Assembly (NCBI GenBank): GCA_000708835.1
Contig: DF237647.1
Location: forward strand, 1-42,571
From: Klebsormidium nitens
Taxonomy: Eukaryota; Plantae; Klebsormidiophyceae
Reading direction: 5' to 3'
DNA: 42,571 nt
Below, in pieces: positions 23,001 to 33,498 of this stretch. Every line of letters starts with the position of its first letter. The first letter of the stretch is position 1. The notes under the pieces were generated by a model. It worked only from the letters and a program-made list of their open reading frames with translations, made no database searches and was not told the DNA's origin. The translations under genes were made by a program, and so were the position numbers.

Positions 23001-26000
23001 CCTGAACAACCAGCCAACTCAGCCATACAAAGCCGGCCCACCTTGCAGATTCTCCATACATTGAACAAACTCAGGCAACTTCGAAAGAACTAGAGCGAGC
23101 TCAGTCCCGCCCACCTGAAGTGCTTCCGCATGGCGGCGACCGCCTTGCCGTCCATTCCCTTTTCGTCGACGCCCACCGTCGGGATGATCTGCTTCGGCTT
23201 CAAAAAGCTGACGTACTCCCTGAGCTCAGCATAGTTGCTGTGCTCGCTGTACGGCACCAGATGAATTTTACACCGGCCCTTCTCCCGGGTGGGAAACGCC
23301 TTCTTTTTCAGCTCATACGTCCACCCGGTTGGCACAAAACCGACCGCTTTTTCGTACCCCCGTTCGTCTAACGCCTGCTCCATGTTGGTGAAGTTCGCCC
23401 GGAAGAAGGGCCACGCGTCGCCCAGAAAACCCCACCCCACCACGTGAACGTTCGTCTTGCTCGAATCGTTCGTAAAGATCGAGAGGTCGTTTAGCCCCAA
23501 GCAGCGCAGGATCTTGATCTTGCGCTCGTCCACGTAGATCTTGCACCCGCACCGGTGCGCTACAGCGTACAGAATCTTCTCCTTCCCGATGACGTATGTT
23601 GCGATGATGAACAGGGGCGGCCGCGGGCAGTCAGTGGAATCCACTGGCTGCGCAAGTACCCGCTCGAGAGGCGACGCTTCGCCCTCAGGGGGATCCCCCG
23701 ACCCAACCCCTTCGCCATCCCCTGCCGGGTTGGTCTCTGCCGCTGCTCCGCTATTGGGTTGCTCTTTGATCCAGGCGTCGTATTCGGCCCGCCATTCTTG
23801 CATACGAGCTGCGACCGTTGCGGCTATGTACTCAACGGACGCCTCTTGAAGGGGGAAGACGTAGCGGGGGTTGCAGTACGTGGTGTCCTGAGGAGGAGAC
23901 AATAGGGACCTTTGCAAGCGGACAAGTGAGTGAGAAACACAGAAGTCAGGACATATCTGAAGAACCCAAAACCAAAAAAACTCTCCTTGAGCTAAAGCCC
24001 TGTTTGAGTGTGCCTTAAGCCACAGAACGAAGTGACAAACACAAAATGGCAACTCTGTCAGACGAAACGAGGTTGCAGATTTCAGATTGAAGGATCCGAA
24101 TGCATAGCCATCAGGCGCTTTGCTGGCGTCAGGAAGTCAAGTAATCAGAGAAAACAACTCAGCACGTCCATCTGGCCCCATCGCCTGATCCAAAAGGACT
24201 TTCGTCGGCGGCAAAAATAGGCCCAACCCTCTCCACCAAACAGGGCAGCGCCCTCGTTTGATATACATAGAGCGAGGGATTCTTAAACGTAGACCGAGAC
24301 TTGAAGCGCAAGCGGTCTTACCAGGTAGACGGCATCAGCCCCAACATACGGTGCCAAACAGGGATTTGCGGTCATTTGCGTGCAGAATCGCATGTCCCCA
24401 CAGTGGACGTAGCGCTTCTCCGGAGCACCCGGAATGCGAAACAGGAACTGGATCGCCCCAGGGCAGTGATTCGCATCTGCGTCAAAATCAATAAAATCTC
24501 TGAGGGAGGTGGTCCTAACGACGTTACAGTGGTATTCGTGGAACCTGTCGCGAAGTTGTGGAGGACCGCAATTGTGTGCACAATATCGGCGCGGCCTTGC
24601 CTTGCACGATCAGTGACGTCATAAACGCCAATCGGAAGCCTCAGCTTCGATTCAATCGGGAATCGACGGCTTGAGTTTCAACGTTTTGCTGGTGGCGTCA
24701 TTGATTGTGCACGGGGGTCGCACCAATTTACCCGTGCACCTAAGTGCTCCGCTCATACATTCCATGACAAGTTTCATGCAAACTGCTGTAGCCGGTCAGC
24801 TATGCAAGTGCTGCAAGTGAAGAAGACGAAGAAGGCACCGGAAAGCTACACTTGGTCGGCCAATCGTCCTTTCGACTCTCGAAGGGGCCACTTACAAGGG
24901 GCCTTATCCTTTGTCTCCATAGGTGATTAACATGTTTCACACTAAGTGCCACGTTTCAGCCACAACTTGGACAAGGAGTGCAATCGATCCTCCTCGGTGC
25001 TCAAACCACAACTTGGAAGCCTAACACCCGAGACAAAATTCTTTGCCATTTTCCAACTACATCAACTCACAACCCCAAAACGGGCACAAATCCTGTCTGC
25101 TCGTAAGCAGCCAACAACACACTTCTATCTATTGACCAGACCACCCCTCGTGGCGGACCCCTCCCTTTCCGAAGACCAAACAGTACAAACGACAAGTTTT
25201 TCCACAAGAAACATTACCGACAGTCAGTAGAGTCGCCCACCTATGAGCGTCACCCCGCAGCCGTCGATTTCCACCTCGCGGTCCATCGGCAGCGGGACTA
25301 CGAAGTGTGGGGGCACCTCCAAGACTTGGACGACCATGCGGGCCGTGGTCTCGGAACAGAAGATGACGCCCTTGCGCCAATTGTCGGTGATGCCTTGATA
25401 GTGGTCACTGCAAGGAGGGACTGGCTTGAGTGACTTTTCTCCGCGTTTCAGCGTTTGTGAGTCGGCATTTCAGCTTTGGAGAAGCAACGCGGTGCTAGCT
25501 TGTAGATTTGAGTTCTGCTCACATAGGCTGAGAGGTGGGACGTTTGGAATGATCGAGCGACGAAACAACGTCCATATCCGGTAACACAAGTCCTTTTCAA
25601 TCACCGTATCAAACAATAGGGTCCTACTGCTTTTGCAATCAGACTCTTAGAGTCACAGCTCAAACTGAGACACCAGAATGAGAAAGGACAGCAACAATAA
25701 CGGAGCTAGTCATTGGAAAGATCAGAAATGATCGGTCTGCTCAACATGGGGCAGCAATGTCTTCTTTCCAAACAGGCAATTCTCAACTGCAACTGGCAAT
25801 GTTACTTGCTGGCATCTTTGCTCTCGTATGTACTGACCGGCACTTTGAACTGCAGAAAGAAAGACAAAACACATGCAATATTCCTCACCTGTGAAAGTGC
25901 GTCAAGAAGTAGCTGTGACTCCATGCGCCCGCCACACGGAACCCATCAACCACAAAGCGGGTCCCTGGGAGCCTCTTATGGGACGGAAAGGTGGGCGGAA

Positions 26001-26223
26001 AGCCTGTAAGACTGCCCGGTACATCAATTCCCGGGCTCTGCTCCTCAGCATTGTCCCTGAGGCTGGGCGACCGGTCGAATGCCCTGGGCACTTTTGGCTG
26101 ATCAATTTCAGTTGGGGGGCTAGGCACACCGCTGATAGGTTCTTTCTCTTCAGCAGAAGCAAGGCGCTGTAAATCGGCCCTGGCCTTGTCCAGAGCGGCG
26201 GCATAGAGACTTTCGCTGTCCAT
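14079..26223 (-). CDS. LIG6: DNA ligase 6 (SNM1-type MBL/beta-CASP nuclease + LIG1-like core), 1903 aa
   Basis: Sixteen GT-AG exons: 26223-25889, 25407-25241, 24476-24322, 23887-23115, 22738-20517, 20136-20019, 19635-19354, 18909-18624, 18268-18105, 17746-17587, 17255-17001, 16651-16490, 16209-16129, 15663-15556, 14873-14667, 14315-14079 (5712 nt, phases match). Nuclease motifs: THFHSDHY, ANHCPGA, HCGDMRF, YLDTTY, PYSEHS, IIPTV. Ligase motifs: EFKYDGQRAQ, FDLM, CEGIMVK, WLKVKKDY, SMRFPR. Confidence 0.93.
15262..15590 (-). repeat. Degenerate triplication of the LIG6 exon-14 3' end and donor into intron 14
   Basis: Exact 21-mer CGTCCGTGAAGCCGGACATGC (+ strand) at 15338-15358, 15447-15467 and 15570-15590. 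The outer copies also share CCCGACCTCTTTG and ATCAAGAACGA. Confidence 0.9.
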
Positions 26224-26487
26224 TTGCAGCACGCGGTGAGCAACAAAGTCAAGCTTCTACAGGATGCTGCAAGAAAGGGTGCCTCCGTTCCACGTCCTGC
26301 ATGCCCTCCTCAAATCATAGGTTGATTCGCCCTCCATTTTGCCGCCACCGCAGATTTCAACTCTCCCAATTGCAGAGCGCTCCCCTTCAGACGAAGCCTC
26401 GAAAGAAGATGGCTAGGGAAAGTAAACTGGGCGCCATTCAAGTTCTCTCATGATCAGGTGCCTCCTTGCCTCACTGCAAGGCTACCG

Positions 26488-26495
26488 TGACGTGG
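26488..26495 (+). promoter_or_regulatory. Hex/ABRE-like bZIP motif TGACGTGG upstream of LIG6
   Basis: TGACGTGG(C) about 265 bp upstream of the LIG6 ATG. Single motif match only. Confidence 0.3.
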
Positions 26496-26609
26496 CCGGC
26501 TGTACGAGGTACAGAATCACTTGGAGAAGACGGAACGAGTTGAGCGTTACCGTAGCTTGATCCGAGAACCGGCGGACCCAGGCAAATCTGACCGACGTAA
26601 ATACCTAGG

Positions 26610-26666
26610 CTCCGGATTTTGACGACCGCTTTCGCGCGACGCGAAAGCGGTCGTCAAAATCCGGAG
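26610..26666. repeat. Perfect inverted repeat, 27-bp arms with a 3-nt loop
   Basis: CTCCGGATTTTGACGACCGCTTTCGCG (26610-26636), CGA, then CGCGAAAGCGGTCGTCAAAATCCGGAG (26640-26666), its exact reverse complement. Confidence 0.97.
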
Positions 26667-27297
26667 TGCGGTAACCTTAAACCAGGTAAGGTAGCAGGTC
26701 GGACACGGAGGGATCATCCAGCCACTTGGCATGGCTGAGGGCTCCCGTTACGTCAGCACACTTTGAACAGTTCGCTGCGCTAGGATAGCATTTTAACTTG
26801 CAATTGCCTTCTTGTTCAATGTTCGATTCCATGCAGGTACGTCCATCAGTCCATGGCTGACATGCTGGCTTGCAGTATCAATCTTAGCTGGAGATGAAAG
26901 CTGAGGATATCTCTCGTTGGCCTTAAGGACAAGCTTGCCGCAAGTCAAGGAGGGATTCCCCTCAATCTGACCTACAAGTCGCCCCTCTTATCAGAGACCC
27001 TGAATGACGAACTTTGATAATGTCAAGGTGGCTTCATACAACCGTAAGGTTACAGACCGGAGATAACCCAGCTGGTGTCGAAAGGGGCCAAGACCTTTGT
27101 CCAAGTCACAATCACATCGGCCTATTCCAAGCAATTCCTTTTATATTCTGCAATGCGGAAAAATAGGGTTCAAGCTCCAGTAAGGCACCTAGAGTGACCG
27201 CCCTAATGTTGCAGGGGGTCAATCTATCCTTGAAGCCAGCGAATTCATTGAAGCCGCCTTATAAGTGAATATGGAATGAGAGTGAGCTGACCGCATT

Positions 27298-30200
27298 ATG
27301 GCGCAGGGCCCCTTTGGGCAGCTGCTGAAGGCATTGGGAATCAGGCTGTCATCCCAGGTCAACATAAATGCGCCTGTGGGAGCAGCACATTGGCACAACG
27401 CTAGTAGAGTCCTCTCTAGTACTGCTGCTCTTAAGAATCAAAGCAACACTTCTGCGGAGGCCAGTCTGCATTGTAATCTGCACAATGACAGGTCCTTTCC
27501 TGAGTCTCCCCGCTTCTGGCCTGCTTCTCGCTGCGGTTCAGTACCTTGGTTACAGGATCGTAGTAGACAAGCTCACAGTGCTTCCATTCCACAAAAAGGG
27601 GATGATCAACAAATCCTCTTGTCTCAAAGCCATGTGATAGGTCCCACCAATATCCCTCTCCTGGAAACAACAATTGGCCAAAAGTTCACTGAGACCGCAG
27701 CCAACTTTTCCAACCATGTCGCCCTAATCTCAAAGCAAGAAAACGTTTGCTATACTTACGAAGAGTTGCTCAAAAGGGTCACCGCCTTAGCCAGCGGGCT
27801 CGCCAGACTGGGCTTAACCAGAGGAGACAGACTGGGTCTGTTTTCTCCTAACCACGCGGCATGGGTTGTGACGCAGTTTGCAGCTGCAAAGCTGGGTTTG
27901 ATCCTGGTCAACCTAAACCCGGGGTATCAGAGCTTGGAGCTGCATCAAACAGTCAGAAAAGTGGGTTGCAGAGCGCTTGTGGTGGCTGATAAGTATAAGG
28001 GTAAGAGCATGATAGAGACCTGTGAACGGGCGTTGAAGTGGGACACAAGGGGGGGCACCGGAAGAGTGCGCTCAGAGGAGGTGCCTTCTTTGGAGCACAT
28101 TTTGACACTAGGTGAGGTTCTGAACGTTGCAGAAGCGGTGCCAACTCCTCATGCTTGTCATCAACTGAAAGTCTTGTACAAAGGCATCCAACCTCGCTCC
28201 TACCAGCCAGGTACAGAATGTGGGTATCAGGATTGTTTGTTATGGCAGAACAGTAACCAGCTGACCTTGCTGGAGAGAGTGTATTTCCTTATGGAGGCTC
28301 GAATGTTTAGTCGTGAAACGTGAGGAACGAGTACAAGAGAAACCAAACTTTGCAAACCCCGAGCTCCCTAGCGCTCTGCATCCTTCTCCGCCCACCTCTT
28401 GTTTGGCCAATATCTGGTTTGGAATCGAAGTTCGCGCTTGTCAGCATCTGCAGTCTCGCAAAAAACTGGCACTTTGAGCTGGATCGAAAGCTGCTCAAAT
28501 ATTGCTTCCTGCTTCTTGTTTCAATGACTTGTGAAGCCTGCATCATTGAAATTGAGAGATAGGAGGAGGAGAGAACAGTGTCGGTTCTCACCTAAGCAAG
28601 CCAGGAGGTATATTCTGCTTCGTATGAAGGTGTTAAAGAAGGAGTTTCCGTTACTATTTAGGGAGATAGGACTGAATCAAAATCCTTTTATTTCAGGCGA
28701 ACAGGGGGCGCCCGGCCTGCTGGGACTGAATGACGTTATGGACTTGGCAACGACCGCGGACGAAGAGGCGCTCAAGCGAGTGGAGGCTTCTAACGACCCT
28801 GATGACGTCATCAACATCCAGTTCACGTCAGGCACGACCGGTCGGCCCAAGGTGTGACGCAACTCACTCAAATTTGATGTATCCGTTTGAGATTCAGCCC
28901 ATCCTTACGGAACGCGGTGAGGGCAGGCGCCAAAGTCCGCGATGATTGACTGGCCGCCAAAGTTTTTAGCGAGTATTCGGTACTTTGCATTTTCGTAGGT
29001 GTCTGTCTCAAAGCCTGTCTTCGAAATTTGGTCGGCGTTGCATGCCTGGTTGACCTTCGGTAATAGTCGTAAGGGTGTCTTTCTTCAACAGTACTTGATC
29101 CTAAAAAGTTGCCATAACGCATTCCCGTGGTCAGCCGTTTTATTGACACCAGCCCAAGCTGTAGGCCGAGCCACGTGGACAGCAACCAGATCGGCGCTGC
29201 CCACTTATCACTGCTGACCTCAATCTTGATCTCATCTTCATTCTTCTCATTTTCCAAAACTTACTTTAGAATCTTACCTCCTTGATTCCCGTGTATCCCA
29301 TTTCCGCTGCTACAGTAAGATTGACGTATCCTTGACGTCAATGTCCCGGTTCTTAGGGCGCGTGCCTCACTCACCGGAACATTTTGAACAACGGCTTCCT
29401 GGTCGGGCGCCGCATCCTGCTCTCGGATGCCGACAAGATCTGCATCCCCGTTCCGTTCTACCACTGTTTCGGTGAGCGGAGCGGAACGCCGGAAGATCAC
29501 CCTTCGGCGACCTCCTGGCTGGTTTCGGTCCAATGGACGAACTCGAAACATTGTTGCAAACATCCCCTCCCGAATCAAGTGAAGTGTCAGTTTGACTGGC
29601 CTCCTCTTCGGTAGCGAGTAGGTTGAGTAATACTTGAGTGCGCCAAGCGATTGACTGCCAACCTTCATCTGGGATCCCGTGTCAATGAGGCAAAACAATT
29701 TGGCGTGTGCAGGCATGGTGATGGGTAACTTGGCGGCCATTACTCACGGCGCCACGATGGTCATCCCGTCACCGGAGTTCGATCCACTGGCGACTCTTCA
29801 GGTGACCGATCATTGCCATTTCTTATACATCTACTCATCGCTGCAATCCGGTACAAGGAGTGGAGTTAGTGATATTCGCATAGTCCAAACCCTTGGTTCA
29901 ATACTCGTTGAGACATGCGCCAATTAAATGTGCTGTTAAGAGCAACTTCTACTTATTGACGCCGATTTTTCCTGCTAATAAACGTCGATTTCGCTAATCG
30001 TTTTTGCCAAAAGCTGCCGGTGTTTCTTGGATAGACGACGACTGAACTCTTTCTCGTCGGTTGCCGGTAGTTGTTGACAAAGGTTGCAAAGATACGTGTT
30101 GGAGGCTGTTGTGCACCCGTATTGAGAATGTCAGTCAGCCGCAATGTTGGCGAAGCGCAGGCGCGAAGCAAAAGACTCACTATCACACAAAGTCAGAGGA

Positions 30201-32250
30201 AATCATCCTGTTGCGGAAAGCAAGTTCTATAAAGAAAGAACTCAGTCTCTCCGATCACGCATGCCTTCTCATGCATCAATTGGTGACTCACAAGACCAAA
30301 CCGCGCGCGCGCAGGCCGTCCACCGCGAGCGGTGCACCGCCCTGTACGGCGTCCCGACCATGTTTGTGGCGGAGCTGCACCACCCGGCCTTCCCCCGGTT
30401 CGACTTGTCCAGCCTGCGGACCGGAATCATGGCCGGTTCACCCTGCCCGGTGAACGTCATGCGCCGGGTCATGACCGACATGCACATGCGCCAGGTGGGA
30501 TGCCGCCACGTGTCCACGACTTGAGTGCCGGCTGCCCACATGTAAACGAAAGATTGCGGTCAGAAAGTTGCTAATGTGTTTTGACAATTTGCCCCTGAAG
30601 TCCTGTTCAGATTCTTGTTCGAGATCCTTACTAAGTCTCGCCCCGCACAAGGCAACTGGATTCCTCCGGCAGGTGGAATGTTGCATGCTTTGACTTGAAG
30701 ACAGGACACCAGTGAATAGGAGCCTGGTTACACTTTTGGTGCCACAATCTGAGCTCCCGTCGGTGCGGGCGGCTGATTGAATCCGCCTTTCTCCTGCTCC
30801 CTGCTCAAGTCTCCAAACAGAACGGAACCGCAGCTTTGGATATTTCCAATTCTGAACCAGCTGCTTTTTGCACCTCTGAAACTACGAACCGTCAATAAGC
30901 GTCATTCCTCTCATTAGCCGGCAAACACGAGGATTTTTTTCGAGGCGTCCTTTGAGGTTGATCAGTCCACGCAGGTTACGATCTGCTACGGCATGACCGA
31001 GACAAGCCCGGTCAGTTTCCAGACGACCGTGGACGACCCGGTAGAAAAGCGGCTGGAAACCGTGGGCCGGATCCAGCCTCACACCGAAGCAAAAGTAGTT
31101 GACCCGGAAACCCGGGAGGTTCTTCCGGTGAATACCCCCGGGGAGCTGGTGGTTAGGGGCTACTTAACCATGAAAAGTTACTGGGACGAGCCGGAGAAGA
31201 CGAGGGAGGTTAAGGATGACGAAGGCTGGGTTAGCACCGGGGACCTGGCGGCGTTTGACGAGCGAGGCTACTGCTCGATAACCGGCAGGATCAAGGACAT
31301 GGTTATCCGAGGCGGGCAAAACCTGTTTCCAAAGGAGATTGAAGGTAGGTATGAATATTGCTCGGAGGAGTGCCGTGCTTCGGAAAGGTAGTCGTCTATG
31401 TAAGAACACTCTTCTGCTGCTATTTGGGGACGGATTCCCGCAACCAAACTTCGCTCCAGTTTTGTTAAGATGTGGTATGCTCAACTTTTCGTATGAGAAG
31501 TTCCCCGCCGGCCTTAGCTTTCCCTCTGCTCCCTACTGAGTCCTTTCACATCGTTGGGATCTCCAAGGCTTGTATACAGTTCTCGTGTTTTGAGTAAGGA
31601 GTACGCCAGCGAAAACACGTCAAGGAGGCTTTGGAAAGCGAGCCGAGCGACTCGTCAACTTTGCTGCACGTCGTATCTTTTCAAGTTCTTCGTAGTCAGA
31701 CCCAAGTTCAATCACTTCGTCCACGATGAGCCGATCACCTGTGCACTTCGCTCAAGGACCACCTTTTCTTGGCACGTACTGACCATCTTGAATCGAAGAG
31801 CCCCAAATCATTCAGACTTTGACTCCCGTCTATAGCATTCAGAAGAGGCCGTTCCGTCGTTCTTAATCCCGTTCCTATGTGGTGCTGGGAACGACTACTT
31901 CAGAATTAACCCGAAGCCCTACTGTTCTCTAAACAACAAGCTCACACGTTCCTTGTGCAGATGTAATTCATACACATCCAGGCGTCGAAGACGTCCACAT
32001 AATCGGCGTGCCGGATTCATACTACGGTGAAGAACTTTGCGCTTGGGTCAAGGTAAAAGAGGGCCAAAAGTCAACACCCGACGATATCACGAGCCACTGC
32101 CGGGAGAGGATAGCCCGGTACAAGGTGCCTCGGTACGTGAAGTTCGTCGACGCCTTCCCGATGACTGTAACCGGGAAGGTGCAAAAGTATAAGATGCGGG
32201 AGGTGAGCGCCAGAGAGCTGCGGGCTGAAGCCCTTGGGTCAAAAGACTGA
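27298..32250 (+). CDS. Acyl-CoA synthetase / AMP-binding enzyme, ACSF2-like, 670 aa, probable organellar presequence
   Basis: Seven exons: 27298-28111, 28697-28851, 29357-29471, 29713-29801, 30315-30494, 30975-31344, 31961-32250 (2013 nt, in phase). Motifs: [13 protein letters not shown] (P-loop), [58 protein letters not shown]. The N-terminus is S/R/A-rich. Confidence 0.9.
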
Positions 32251-33498
32251 GCTACGCCGGTTGTCGTGTTAAGTAAAATGAATGAGGGTAGTCAACAAGT
32301 GCAAAAGTGAAACGTGGCCCTCTTATGCCCGGGGTCAGACTGCGTGACGAGCTCACGCGTGATGCTTTTGGTGTGAACCAAAACGGCGGCTTTTCAAAAG
32401 GGGCAAGAACATCAGATGTGCAGTGCGATTGAATTGAGCTCATTTCTCTGCTTCTAATGGAATTACTCATGACGTCTTCGATTGGCACCAACCGTCCGGC
32501 GTCAACGTCTAACGCTTGCTTCAATCGAAGTCGTTTGATGGCGCATTCCTGGTACATCTGATTGCATGAAGATACTCGATGCACCTGGCAAGCAATCCTT
32601 AATCAAGCGCGCGCTAACATCTGATATCGCATATGCCCGGATACAGTCCGGCTTGCACGCGTGTGATGCAATGATGGCCCGCATTCAGATCGATGGGGAT
32701 TCCATATGTGGCAACTATACACAAGCTTCGTAGGCGCATATTGTCATCATCCCTATACATGAGGAGCTTGCATGATATTTGACATGAGTCCGATTCCGCA
32801 GCCAGCACATGCGCGCGCGGTTGCATCTTGCGGGCAGCCGGCTGAGATCTTGAACGATCTAACTCTAGACCTTCGAGGTCCTGACCCATGTGCATGCATG
32901 ATAAATGTGCCAGTCGTTAATCGTGTGCCGCTCCTGAAACCCCTTGGTGGCTATTGATGTCTGCATGGTTGCGCAGCATGTTAAGTGCCCCAACGAGCTC
33001 GCAAATGCTGTCTCTCAACCGGCTTGCTCACATGTGCACACTGGCAATCTGCACCATGTTGCATGTGCATACATATGTCAGTCGCATCATGCTTTAAGGC
33101 GATTCCCTTTGGGAAGAGGCTCTTCGCTCCCCGCAAGGGCAGTCATTGCCAACCTGATCGAAAGAAGTTGCAAAAGCTTTCTTATAGAAGCGTTTTTTAT
33201 CATTTCACCTCAAGTTGCGCCTTAGGGCCAGCCAGCCTCGATACCGTAGTACATCTGAGAATTCGACATTCATCTGAGCAAGCCGCTGCACATCATTTGC
33301 GTGCCTACAGGTCAAAAAGCTAGCTTTTACTGACGCCTCCACTCCACTCCCAGCACTCTTGTATACTAGTAGCACCGAGCCTCAGCTTCGATTCTCACAG
33401 CCCCAACCTAATTGCTTTCGTGTTGACTGCGTGCTATTTGCGATCCCCGCTAGGACGCGTCCTATGTACAATTCGTCAGGCTTTTTTGCCTCAGAGCG

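Noticed and set aside
28112-28323. 3' part of the 341-aa ORF as coding sequence
   Set aside because: Homology ends at the donor CTAG|GTGAGG (28111) and resumes in phase at 28697, so the rest is intron read-through.
6384-32250. SDR-SO and the acyl-CoA synthetase both have 2013-nt coding sequences
   Set aside because: They share no sequence similarity; this is a coincidence.
32580-33100. CATG/TGCA-rich tract resembling many RY elements
   Set aside because: It lies between two gene 3' ends with no defined unit or termini. Decayed methylated sequence would explain it, but no feature can be delimited.
24637-33394. Exact 17-mer AGCCTCAGCTTCGATTC at 24637-24653 and 33378-33394
   Set aside because: The flanks do not align, and a single 17-mer match in 42 kb is not far enough beyond chance to call a repeat family.
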